DNA of 20,146 nucleotides, from positions 1-20,146 of the forward strand of contig CAZTDA010000004.1 in NCBI GenBank assembly GCA_964612155.1, given 5' to 3'. This document shows positions 8,775-17,559 of this stretch, piece after piece. Source of the stretch: an uncultured Eubacteriales bacterium (GTDB lineage Bacteria > Bacillota > Clostridia > Oscillospirales > JAKOTC01). The position numbers and the translations under genes were made by a program. The notes under the pieces were generated by a model. That model was given only the letters and a program-made list of their open reading frames with translations. It made no database searches and was not told the DNA's origin. Within the stretch, counting starts at the first letter, position 1. The number at the start of each line of letters is the position of its first letter.

Positions 8775-9602
8775 TCCGAAAATCCGATGGGCGTTTTTAG
8801 AAAGGATTTTTTCTCGGTCACTTTCCGAAAGCGCATCCCTTTGAATCATCAGCAGAGTGCTGTTTACGCAGTTGATGGGAGCCATGGAGGCAAAAAGCAG
8901 CTTGTCGGCTCCGACCAGTGCAATCGCACGCTCAACCGTAAAAAGGCCGTCTTTGAGCCCTGCGGTGTCCATATAGACATTCTCGAGTTTTTTAATGCTC
9001 TCCTTTAACTCGGTACACTCACCAATCCGCAAACTTGAAAGAATGATCGTGCAGTTCTTTTGATGATTGACTAACACGTCGATCTCATCGATTTCTAACT
9101 TGCGGGGCTGAAAAATGTAGGTGTTTCGCTCATCCTCCATCCGAAGGGAGATCGTCACCGGCAGTTTCAATTCTGCGGCAAACTCACAGAGGCGAAATAC
9201 AACATCATCTTTCAAACTGTATCCGTGATAACCCGGATAGAGCCGAACACCGGCAAATCTCCCTGCCGCCTTTTCCATATCCTTTTCCCACGCCGGAAGA
9301 GTGGGATTCACGGTCAATATCGGGCGGTACTCCGAACCGGCCAATTGTTTTTCAAGCGCATCATCGGCCTCGGTGGGATCGTTATAAAACACCGCCTCAA
9401 GCGCGGCCATGCAGCCGCCCGTCACCCCGTTTTGCCGATGAAGCAGACGCATCATTTCTAAAGTATTGTTTCTGATTCTGCGAAAAGGCCAGTTCCCGCA
9501 AAAGCAGCCCGCATCAAAAATCTCCATGTCGTTTGTTTGTCCTCCCCCGTCGTTACTGCGGTTATTGTAACACCAACCCGATGCCGATTTCAATATAGTC
9601 AT
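8772..9602 (-). CDS. Amidohydrolase-2 (PF04909-like TIM-barrel metal hydrolase) family protein. An alternative start at the ATG at 9527 (MEIFDAG...) has a GGGGGAGG ribosome-binding site.
   Basis: The C-terminal ...ILSKNAHRIFG ending and overall pattern are typical of amidohydrolase 2. The N-terminal HxH metal motif is replaced by DAGCFCG. Confidence 0.6.
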   Translation of the reverse strand: MTILKSASGWCYNNRSNDGGGQTNDMEIFDAGCFCGNWPFRRIRNNTLEMMRLLHRQNGVTGGCMAALEAVFYNDPTEADDALEKQLAGSEYRPILTVNPTLPAWEKDMEKAAGRFAGVRLYPGYHGYSLKDDVVFRLCEFAAELKLPVTISLRMEDERNTYIFQPRKLEIDEIDVLVNHQKNCTIILSSLRIGECTELKESIKKLENVYMDTAGLKDGLFTVERAIALVGADKLLFASMAPINCVNSTLLMIQRDALSESDREKILSKNAHRIFG

Positions 9603-9678
9603 ATTAAGAACGGAGAATTAGCTTGTAAAAAAGCATTTTTTTATGAAACCGCTTCCGGCACCACATGGCTGATCATGC

Positions 9679-9711
9679 GTATTCACTCCCGCCTTCGGCG
9701 GGAGTGAATAC
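9679..9711. repeat. Perfect 15-bp-stem hairpin or palindrome (GTATTCACTCCCGCC ttc GGCGGGAGTGAATAC) in the divergent intergenic region
   Basis: Read directly from the sequence. It lies between the divergent amidohydrolase genes. No T-run follows on either strand. Confidence 0.7.
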
Positions 9712-9841
9712 AAAAGCAGGGCTTTGTCTTCAACCTGAAGTTAAAAATAAATAGCTGCGCTGTCATTCAACCTTGCATTCATAAAATCTTTGCAGTAATA
9801 TTCAAGCATACCGACAAGCGCCAAGAGAGGAAGGATATCTC

Positions 9842-10600
9842 ATGATAATCGATTTTCATGCTCATATCTGGGGCAATAACGGGCCAAAGGACAAGGAAAA
9901 CCTGTTGATTGCCTCTAAGCGGTACGGGATCGATAAACTCTGCATCTCCAGCGTGGAGTGTGTTTATCCCAACGAAGAGGAAATTCGCTTTCTCAATGAG
10001 GGCGTAGTTCAATTCATGCACGAGGAACCGGAGTTGATTTACGGCTTTGTCTATGTCAACCCCTCCAACCCCGATGCGCTGAAGGTTCTGCGGCAAGGGG
10101 TTGAGGAATATGGGATGTCGGGGATGAAGCTCTGGATTGCCACAACTTGCGACGACCCGAAGGTCTTCCCGCTGATTGAACAATGCATCGCCTACAATAT
10201 CCCCGTGATGCTGCACGCCTGGAAAAAATCCGTCGGTCAGTATGCCCATGAGTCTACCGGTGTCCATGTCGCGGCACTCGCCAAACAATACCCAGAGGCC
10301 AAACTGGTCATGGCTCATCTGGGGGGCAACTGCTATCACGGGGTACGGGCGATCCGGGACTGCCCCAATGTCATGACCGACTTCTCCGGCTCCATTTTCA
10401 GGGGCGACGATTTGAATTATACCGTCGAGCAATTAGGCGCAGAGCGGATTCTTTTCGGCTCCGATATGCCGGGCTCCTATTTGGTCAATCTGGGTCAGGT
10501 GGAGGAAGCAGCGCTTACAAGTGCACAAAAAGATTTGATCTATTATAAAAACGCCCTGCGTATGTTAAATAGAGACAGAAGGCAGAAGGGCACCTGTTGA
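9842..10600 (+). CDS. Amidohydrolase-2 family metal-dependent hydrolase, 252 aa
   Basis: The N-terminal MIIDFHAHIW carries the HxH metal motif. ILFGSDMP and the KNALRML C-terminus are also present. A GAGAGGAAGGA ribosome-binding site precedes the start. Confidence 0.7.
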   Translation: MIIDFHAHIWGNNGPKDKENLLIASKRYGIDKLCISSVECVYPNEEEIRFLNEGVVQFMHEEPELIYGFVYVNPSNPDALKVLRQGVEEYGMSGMKLWIATTCDDPKVFPLIEQCIAYNIPVMLHAWKKSVGQYAHESTGVHVAALAKQYPEAKLVMAHLGGNCYHGVRAIRDCPNVMTDFSGSIFRGDDLNYTVEQLGAERILFGSDMPGSYLVNLGQVEEAALTSAQKDLIYYKNALRMLNRDRRQKGTC

Positions 10601-10647
10601 ATAAATACAACGCAACTGCTTAATTGGCAAGATGTGTGTAATCATTC

Positions 10648-10692
10648 TGCAATATCTGTATCTATTTTTTTACAATAAAGTGTGATATACTG
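10648..10692 (+). promoter_or_regulatory. Candidate promoter region for the flotillin gene. One option is an extended -10 TGaTATACT at 10684-10692. The other is TACAAT at 10671-10676 with a weak -35.
   Basis: AT-rich hexamers were read from the sequence. Neither has a good -35. Confidence 0.3.
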
Positions 10693-10722
10693 AGCACAGT
10701 AAAAGTGAGAGGGGTATTTTTT

Positions 10723-12738
10723 ATGGATCCGATTATCATTGCCATCTATGCTGTCGCCGCAATTATTGTGCTGTACATTCTGATTTTCAAGTTATTCGGT
10801 CTGCGTATTATTAAATCAGATGAGGTCGGCGTGATTGAAAAATGGTGGAGTATTAAAGGTTCTCTGAAAAATTCCATTATTGCGCTTAACGGGGAAGCCG
10901 GTTATTATCCCGATTTGCTGCGCGGCGGTATGCACTTCAGAACCGTGTTCATGTATAAGTTACATAAGTACCCGCTGATTACCATCCCGCAGGGACAGAT
11001 TGCCTATATCTTTGCACGCGACGGAAAGCCGCTGACGCCCATTCAAACACTCGGTAAAGTGGTTCCCGAGGCAATCAATTTTCAGGATGTACGGGGATTT
11101 TTGCAAAACGGAGGCCAAAGAGGCCCGCAGCGCGGGATTTTAAGAGAGGGCACCTATGCCATAAACCTTGCCCAGTTTATCGTCATCACATCTGACGGTA
11201 TCAAAAGCATCGCAACCGGCAAAGAAGAAGTCAATATTATCAACAGCATGCAGGAAACCCTAAAGGCGCGCAATGCTTTCCGCCCCATCATCATTATGGG
11301 CAGCGCAAAAGAACAAAGCAGCGACCAAATGGGTATCGTAACCGTGCATGACGGTAACTCTTTGCCGCAGGGCGAAATCATTGCTCCCGATGTTGGCGGA
11401 GGACATTCGAGTTTCCAAGACCCCGAAAAATTTCTTGAGCTCGGCGGTCATCGCGGCAAACAGCTGCAGGTATTGACGGACGGTACATATTATATTAACC
11501 GCTTGTTCGCCACAGTCGATTTCTGTCCCAAGACCGTTGTTCCGATCGGCTACGTCGGTGTGGTGGTTTCCTTCTTCGGCGCGGCAGGCATTGATACCAC
11601 AGGTGCGGATTACAAGCACGGTGAACTTGTTGAAGAGGGCTGTAAAGGTGTGCTCGCTAAACCCTTAATGGCGGGCAAATATGCCTTTAATACCGATGCC
11701 GGTAAGGTTGTGCTTGTCCCCACCACCAATATCATTCTCAAATGGAACCGAAATGAAAGCGGCGCGCATAAATACGATGAAAACCTGACCGAGGTAGACA
11801 TTATCACGAAGGATGCGTTTGAACCCTCCCTGCCGTTGTCGGTCGTCATGCATATCGATTATAAACAGGCACCGTGGGTGATTCAACGGTTCGGCGATAT
11901 CGCATTGTTGGTCAACCAGTCGCTCGATCCGCTGGTCAGTGCCTATTTCAAGGATGTTGCACAAACCAAGACCTTGATTCAGCTGATTCAAGAGCGCAGC
12001 GAAATCCGTGAGCGCGCCGTGAGCGAAATGAAAGTAAAATTTGCAAAGTATAATCTTGAACTTGAAGAGGTTCTGATCGGTACACCGAAATCAGAAGCCC
12101 ACGATATTCAAATTGAAAACATCCTGACCCAGCTTCGTGACCGCCAGATTGCGGAGGAAAAAAAGGTTACCTATCAAAAGCAGCAATCTGCCGCAGAAAG
12201 CGAAAAGTCCCTGCGTGAGGCCGAGGCGGTTGCCGAACAGCAGACCTTCCTGACAAAGTCCAAGATCCAAATTGAAGTTGAATCAAACAACGGTGCGGCT
12301 CTCGCACGCAGGGCCGAGCAAGAGGCCGGGCAGATCATCGCACTCGCCAAAGCGAATGCCCAGCGTGTCACCATGGAAGGCGAAGCACAGGGCTCTAAAG
12401 AATCCTCCGTTGGTTTGGCCCGTGCGAAAGCAATCGAGGCGCAGGTGAAAGCATACGGCGGCGCCCAATATCGCCTGATACAGGATGTAGCCGAAAAATT
12501 ATCCGATGCAATTAAAACCGCCACGGTGGATATCGTCCCGAAAACGGTTGTCAATATGGGCGGAACCGGTGATAAAACCGAAAACAGCAGTTCTTCTGTC
12601 ATGGATACTTTGTTGAAATTCATCACCATAGAAAAGCTCGGAGTCGATCTGCAAAACATCGACAATATACCAATACAGCAAGCAGAACCGATGATTGCAG
12701 CGGTAACATCAAATTCAGACATGCCCACAGCGGTTTAG
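10723..12738 (+). CDS. Flotillin-like SPFH/Band-7 membrane protein, about 671 aa. The ORF in the supplied track opens at a GTG at 10705, but the ATG 18 nt downstream has the better ribosome-binding site.
   Basis: It has an N-terminal transmembrane helix (IIIAIYAVAAIIVLYILIF), an SPFH-like core, and a long Ala/Glu/Gln-rich coiled-coil tail (EAEAVAEQQ..., ARRAEQEAGQIIALAKANAQR). GAGAGGGG lies 7 nt before the ATG. Confidence 0.75.
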   Translation: MDPIIIAIYAVAAIIVLYILIFKLFGLRIIKSDEVGVIEKWWSIKGSLKNSIIALNGEAGYYPDLLRGGMHFRTVFMYKLHKYPLITIPQGQIAYIFARDGKPLTPIQTLGKVVPEAINFQDVRGFLQNGGQRGPQRGILREGTYAINLAQFIVITSDGIKSIATGKEEVNIINSMQETLKARNAFRPIIIMGSAKEQSSDQMGIVTVHDGNSLPQGEIIAPDVGGGHSSFQDPEKFLELGGHRGKQLQVLTDGTYYINRLFATVDFCPKTVVPIGYVGVVVSFFGAAGIDTTGADYKHGELVEEGCKGVLAKPLMAGKYAFNTDAGKVVLVPTTNIILKWNRNESGAHKYDENLTEVDIITKDAFEPSLPLSVVMHIDYKQAPWVIQRFGDIALLVNQSLDPLVSAYFKDVAQTKTLIQLIQERSEIRERAVSEMKVKFAKYNLELEEVLIGTPKSEAHDIQIENILTQLRDRQIAEEKKVTYQKQQSAAESEKSLREAEAVAEQQTFLTKSKIQIEVESNNGAALARRAEQEAGQIIALAKANAQRVTMEGEAQGSKESSVGLARAKAIEAQVKAYGGAQYRLIQDVAEKLSDAIKTATVDIVPKTVVNMGGTGDKTENSSSSVMDTLLKFITIEKLGVDLQNIDNIPIQQAEPMIAAVTSNSDMPTAV

Positions 12739-12799
12739 TAGGGGAAGTCCTTTCCACCCCGGCTTTTCAGCCGTGCCCTCCACACAGGCCTTAATAACG

Positions 12800-12840
12800 T
12801 CCCGCCCCCGCCGGATGGCGGGGGCGGGATTTGTTTTTGT
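12800..12840 (+). terminator. Strong rho-independent terminator. A 12-13-bp GC stem (CCCGCCCCCGCC GGAT GGCGGGGGCGGG) is followed by ATTTGTTTTTGT.
   Basis: A perfect GC-rich hairpin plus a T-run lies immediately after the flotillin stop. Confidence 0.7.
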
Positions 12841-12856
12841 GTTAAGTGATTTTGAT

Positions 12857-14557
12857 TTAAATTTGATCTGCGTCGGTATAAGTTGACTTTCTCATGGTGC
12901 AGAGAATCTCCACTTCCCTGTCAATGGGCGTGAAATCGGTGCTGTAAATTGTGAACGAGTCCTTGACCTGCGGCACGCTGCCGCGCAGAGCGGTATGGTA
13001 GAGATGTTTGCAAAACATCCCCTTAATGGTGATAGTGTGGCCTTTTTCGATATGCTCAAGGCGGACATTCCCGTTTTTCAAGCTGATGTGTTCCCCTGCA
13101 TGAGCTTCCATGACGAGATTCTCGGTTTCCACTTTGCAGTTCGGAATCACCACGTATTCTAATTTAAAGGGGACTTTTTCAGTGCCCTCGGTCTTGACCC
13201 GCAGTTTCAAACCGTTTTCCAACTCAATAAAGTCAATCGTAATTTTCAAGGTACACTCGCAGACCTTTTTGCGGATTGAATGATCCATCGCAAACCAGTC
13301 CGAAGTCGCCGGCGGGGTTTCAAACGGGAGCATATAATCGTCGACCGCTGTGATTTCCATGCGGTAGCCCTCGTCGGTCTTGATGACCTCGGTCGGAACG
13401 AACTGCGCAATCGCAAAGAAGGACGCACAGGCGCGGACATAAATATTCAAGTCCCCGCACTTCACAAACAAAAAGTTCGGATTGTTCGCGATAATCGAAT
13501 AGCTGAAATATTCCTTGCAACAGCGGTAGATATTCGAAAGCGGATAGAACGCGGAATAGGTTTTGGGGATTTCTATGCCTTTCAAATCCTTTTCGGAGTC
13601 CCAATCAATCAATTCGGGGTTCAACAGATAAACCCACACAGCGTTAGGTGCGCCCCGGTTGTTGTCGAACGAATCATTGAAAATCTCCTCGGCAAACTTC
13701 AGATACTTTTTGTTTTTGAGGATATGACCCGCCCAGAGATATAAAAAGTAATAAGGATGGCCGGGGAAAAACTTGCCCGAAGCAGAGCCCTCGCCCTTGT
13801 CCTTGCGGCGGGAATTCTGGGTAAAGATACTGCCGTCGCACTCGATATAAGAAAAAAGCAAATCCATATTCTTTTCAACATACTCATAAATCTCGGGATG
13901 ATTGCCCTCTTCGGCGATGGTCAGCAGCGCATTGTCGTTGACCGCATTGTACATGCCGGCCGAGCGCTCGGTGAACTCACCGTAGGCATCGATATCGATA
14001 CCCTCAGCCAGATACTTGTCGGCCTTGATTTTCAGCTCCGGCCAGCCCAAAATATTGTAGGTCATCAGCAGGGCGGCGGCTTCCATCCAACGGTGGTTGG
14101 GGGTGCGGAAACCCGTAGCCAGCATGCCTTTCGCATGGTGGGTGATCACCGTCAGCACCCAACGGGTGGTTTCTTTTTCCGCCTCGGTTCTGTCAGCATA
14201 TTTCAAGAATATCCGATAAGCGCGGACAATGCTCAACAGGTCAAACGTTGCCGGCGCATGATAATCCGAAATCAGTAAGTTGGAAGTGCAGTCCGGATTG
14301 GTCAGCCGCATAATATAGTCACAAGCGGCGTTGATTCTTTCCAACACTTCCGGCTTTTGATAATACTTGCTCTCTTTGCAGCAGTAGGTGCAGATAAAGT
14401 TATGCATGATACCCGCCGCGCTTGTGGTTTCCGGAATCAGATAAAGATCCGCATAACCGCCGTGAAACAGATGATTCGGGTCGTTGATGACCTTGGTTTT
14501 AATTCTTTCATACGCCAAATCCAGACCCTTTACCATTTGCAAATAATGCTGTTTCAT
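12857..14557 (-). CDS. Heparinase II/III-like (alpha/alpha-toroid plus beta-sandwich, polysaccharide-lyase-like) protein, about 566 aa from the ATG at 14557. The track ORF starts at a TTG at 14617.
   Basis: Size and composition fit this family, including a TPNHRWMEAAALL motif. The family assignment is tentative. No signal peptide is visible. Confidence 0.4.
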   Translation of the reverse strand: MKQHYLQMVKGLDLAYERIKTKVINDPNHLFHGGYADLYLIPETTSAAGIMHNFICTYCCKESKYYQKPEVLERINAACDYIMRLTNPDCTSNLLISDYHAPATFDLLSIVRAYRIFLKYADRTEAEKETTRWVLTVITHHAKGMLATGFRTPNHRWMEAAALLMTYNILGWPELKIKADKYLAEGIDIDAYGEFTERSAGMYNAVNDNALLTIAEEGNHPEIYEYVEKNMDLLFSYIECDGSIFTQNSRRKDKGEGSASGKFFPGHPYYFLYLWAGHILKNKKYLKFAEEIFNDSFDNNRGAPNAVWVYLLNPELIDWDSEKDLKGIEIPKTYSAFYPLSNIYRCCKEYFSYSIIANNPNFLFVKCGDLNIYVRACASFFAIAQFVPTEVIKTDEGYRMEITAVDDYMLPFETPPATSDWFAMDHSIRKKVCECTLKITIDFIELENGLKLRVKTEGTEKVPFKLEYVVIPNCKVETENLVMEAHAGEHISLKNGNVRLEHIEKGHTITIKGMFCKHLYHTALRGSVPQVKDSFTIYSTDFTPIDREVEILCTMRKSTYTDADQI

Positions 14558-14803
14558 ATTGTTTTTTACCCGCCCTTGTGTGCAGACGGATAACCTCCCA
14601 TCCCTATTTTTGGGCAAAATCGCTCAAGAAAACTATACCATATGATCCTCTGATTTACAATCCGAAAAATAAAAACTCGCGCTTAAACGAAAGTTATTTT
14701 CTCCGCCTTTCACAACCAAATCTGCATTCACAAAAAATTTATAACCATAAACTTTACGGGCTTTCTGGATTTCGAATGATATCATGCCGTTTTTTGTGCC
14801 GTC

Positions 14804-14832
14804 TTGACATATTCCATGATGACGGTTACAAT
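14804..14832 (+). promoter_or_regulatory. Sigma-A promoter of the five-gene operon. The -35 is TTGACA (14804-14809). A 17-nt spacer follows. The -10 is TACAAT (14827-14832).
   Basis: Both hexamers are near-consensus with ideal spacing, about 60 nt upstream of the ATG at 14893. Confidence 0.55.
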
Positions 14833-14892
14833 TTATCATAGCAAAAGCGCGTATCCATGCGTTAAAACTCAAATCGGGAGAAAAACAAATAC

Positions 14893-15798
14893 ATGATTAC
14901 AATCGATGTCATATCCGGCTTTTTAGGTGCGGGGAAAACCACCTTTATCAACCGCTTGTGCAAGACGCTTCAAAACTTCGGCGAAACCGCCGTGATCATT
15001 GAAAACGAATACGGGGACGAAAGCATCGACAGCAATTTGCTCGCCGATACAAACAACCCCGTTATCGACTTGTCCCGCGGCTGCATCTGCTGCGTGTTAA
15101 GAACCCAGCTCGCGAACACGCTGAACGATATCGCCGAAAAGATCAAACCGGACCGAGTGATCATCGAACCCTCCGGTGTATTTCTTTTATCCGAAATTTT
15201 TCAAATCGCCAAAGACCCCGAATTTTTAGAGAAATACGAAATCTCTTCTTTAATCACACTGGTCGATGCGCCGTTGTTTTTAAAAAACAAGGGCAAATAC
15301 GGCATCTATATGGAAAATCAGATCAAATACTGCGCGCAGGTGATTCTGACCAAGCAAAAAGACCTGTCGCCGGAGCAAATCAAGGAAATTGTCGATGAAA
15401 TCAAAACCATTAATCCCGATGCCGACATTTGCACCGACATCATTTTTAACATCGAAGACGAGCGGATGATGTCTTTCTTGCAGCGCTTTCCCTCGATCAA
15501 TTTTGACGATGCGGGAAAAGCAAAACACACCGCATTAAAGAGTGTGACGCTGTATCCCAAAAAACTCTATGAAGCCAAAGAGCTCGAAAAAATCATGAAC
15601 GACCTGAAAAACGGCGCTTACGGCGATGTGTATCGGTTGAAAGGGTTTGTCAAAAACAAAACCGGCGCGGCGCGTTATAACCTGCAATATGTCGGCGGAA
15701 ATCATACCATCGCGTTAACTCCCAAACAGTTCAAGCCGATGGTTGTTGTCATCGGCGATCAAATCAATAAGGTGAAATTAGCGGAGATCTTTAAATAG
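14893..15798 (+). CDS. COG0523 / CobW-family G3E P-loop GTPase (putative metallochaperone), 301 aa
   Basis: It has a Walker A motif (GFLGAGKTT), the signature metal-binding GCICC motif (SRGCICCVL), and a CobW-type C-terminal domain. Confidence 0.8.
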   Translation: MITIDVISGFLGAGKTTFINRLCKTLQNFGETAVIIENEYGDESIDSNLLADTNNPVIDLSRGCICCVLRTQLANTLNDIAEKIKPDRVIIEPSGVFLLSEIFQIAKDPEFLEKYEISSLITLVDAPLFLKNKGKYGIYMENQIKYCAQVILTKQKDLSPEQIKEIVDEIKTINPDADICTDIIFNIEDERMMSFLQRFPSINFDDAGKAKHTALKSVTLYPKKLYEAKELEKIMNDLKNGAYGDVYRLKGFVKNKTGAARYNLQYVGGNHTIALTPKQFKPMVVVIGDQINKVKLAEIFK

Positions 15799-15837
15799 AA
15801 ATAGTCGTTAAAAGGGGCGATCATCATCGATATTTAT

Positions 15838-16980
15838 TTGGACAACAGCGCCACGAGTTTTCCCAAACCCGAGTGCGTATATACCGCCGTAAACGATTTT
15901 ATGCGCAACAACGGCGCAAGCGCGGGCAGAGGCAATTATGCCCGTGCGCGCGATGCCGAAGAACTCCTCTATCAAACGCGCAAGTCCGTCGCCAAACTCT
16001 TGGGCGCAAAAAAACCGTCCAACATCGTGTTTACAAGCAATGTGACCGAGTCGCTCAACTTGATTTTAAACGGCTTTTTGAACGACGGAGACGGGGTTAT
16101 CACCTCATGCGTGGAACATAACGCCATGTGGCGGCCGCTGAATTATTTGCAGCGTGATAAAAACGTAAAAATCCACACCTTCTCGTGCACCAAAGACGGC
16201 TCGGTCGACTTGCAGGAAATCAAAGACCTCTTAAACAAAGATATCAAACTGGTCGCTCTTGTCCACGGCTCCAATGTGCTCGGCAACATTTTCCCGTTAA
16301 AAGAGATCATTGAACTGGCGCACGAAAAGAACATCCCCGTTTTGGCGGATGCCGCGCAAACTGCAGGAGCAGTCCCCATCGACATTCAAGCACTGGATGT
16401 TGATTTTTTGGCCTTCACCGGGCATAAAGGGCTGCTCGGGCCCACGGGCACCGGCGGATTTTATATCAAAGAGGGCATGGAACTTCGACCGCTCAAATCA
16501 GGCGGCACGGGAACCATCTCAAAGTCCCCCTTTCAACCCGACAGCATCCCCGACCGATATGAGGCCGGAACCATGAACACCATGGGTCTGGCGGGTCTCA
16601 AAGCGGGCACGGAATTTTTGCTGCTAACCGGAGTGGAAAAAATCCGCGAACATGAAATCGCCCTTGTTTCCCAACTGCTCGCCGGGTTAGCAAATATCAA
16701 AGAAGTTCAAGTATACGGCCCGCAAAGCGCCGAAAATCGCTTAGGGCTGGTCACTTTTAATATTAATCAAGCAAATCCCTATGACGTCTCGGCATGGCTG
16801 GATGAACACGCGGGCATCATGGTGCGCGCAGGGCTTCACTGTTCCCCGCAGGCGCACCGGGTCTTGGGTACGGTTGAAACTGGTGCCATTCGAGCAAGCG
16901 TGGGTTATTTTAATACAAAAGAGGATATTAACGCCCTTATTCAAGCATTAAGGGATTATATCAAGACCGTAAGGAAATAA
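15838..16980 (+). CDS. Class-V aminotransferase, group-II cysteine desulfurase / selenocysteine lyase-like (SufS/CsdA type). The true start is probably a non-canonical ATC or ATT at about 15823-15832.
   Basis: The PLP-lysine motif (FTGHKGLLGPTG) and the C-terminal active-site cysteine loop (AGLHCSPQAH) are present. The frame is open upstream (IIIDIYLDNSATS). An AAAAGGGG ribosome-binding site lies at 15810-15817. Confidence 0.8.
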   Translation: MDNSATSFPKPECVYTAVNDFMRNNGASAGRGNYARARDAEELLYQTRKSVAKLLGAKKPSNIVFTSNVTESLNLILNGFLNDGDGVITSCVEHNAMWRPLNYLQRDKNVKIHTFSCTKDGSVDLQEIKDLLNKDIKLVALVHGSNVLGNIFPLKEIIELAHEKNIPVLADAAQTAGAVPIDIQALDVDFLAFTGHKGLLGPTGTGGFYIKEGMELRPLKSGGTGTISKSPFQPDSIPDRYEAGTMNTMGLAGLKAGTEFLLLTGVEKIREHEIALVSQLLAGLANIKEVQVYGPQSAENRLGLVTFNINQANPYDVSAWLDEHAGIMVRAGLHCSPQAHRVLGTVETGAIRASVGYFNTKEDINALIQALRDYIKTVRK

Positions 16981-16986
16981 AAACTT

Positions 16987-17499
16987 ATGTTTATAGAATC
17001 GATCAAAGTGATTGAAACCGCCCCGTGTCTGGCGAATAAAGAGCGGTTTAAAATAACCGCACGGGCATCCGTGAATCTGACGGAAATGCTGCCCTACCTG
17101 AACGCCATCTTGGATAAGCCGAATTATCAGGAGAGCTCAAATTCCCTGCGATTTCTGAGCGGAATCAATGAAATTACGATTCAGGAAGATAAAATCGGCA
17201 TCGTCCGGGTCGCCAACCTGACGCAGGCCTACGAGTTGTTGGATTGGGTCAAAGACCTTATCAACGACGCCTACGAGAGCAAATCTGAAATCACGCCGAA
17301 TTACGAAAGCCGAAAACAACCCGGTGTACTTCAGGTTTATAACGCCCTCCCGAAGACAAACTGCAAAAAGTGCGGTGAGCAGAGCTGCATGGCTTTCGCC
17401 GCCAAACTCAGCAAATTTGACGCCGAAATCGATCAATGCCCCCCGCTCAGCGAACCGAAATACGCCGGATTAAGAAAAAAGCTAACGGAGATATTATGA
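16987..17499 (+). CDS. Small protein, 170 aa. It has a C-terminal RnfB-type 'putative Fe-S cluster' domain. The N-terminal 115 aa are unassigned.
   Basis: The motif NCKKCGEQSCMAFAAKL...DQCPP matches the RnfB N-terminal [4Fe-4S] pattern, which is C-x2-C-x4-C-x16-C-P-P. The gene begins 6 nt after the upstream stop. Confidence 0.55.
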   Translation: MFIESIKVIETAPCLANKERFKITARASVNLTEMLPYLNAILDKPNYQESSNSLRFLSGINEITIQEDKIGIVRVANLTQAYELLDWVKDLINDAYESKSEITPNYESRKQPGVLQVYNALPKTNCKKCGEQSCMAFAAKLSKFDAEIDQCPPLSEPKYAGLRKKLTEIL

Positions 17500-17559
17500 A
17501 GTGATCCGAAAAATTATAATCCGTTTCATCAAGCAAGCATAAAAAGGAGCTAAAACTGT

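Noticed and set aside
11154-12728. Minus-strand ORFs (75-184 aa) inside the flotillin gene
   Set aside because: They are antisense to the coiled-coil region, whose repetitive GC-rich codons keep alternative frames open. No ribosome-binding sites are present.
13246-14278. Plus-strand ORFs of 154 and 173 aa antisense to the heparinase-like gene
   Set aside because: No ribosome-binding site, an Arg-rich artefactual composition, and full containment within a long minus-strand CDS.
14768-14782. GGATTTCGAATGA, resembling a tRNA T-loop (GGTTCGAATCC)
   Set aside because: It is an imperfect match. No flanking acceptor or anticodon stems can be drawn. It lies within the promoter region.
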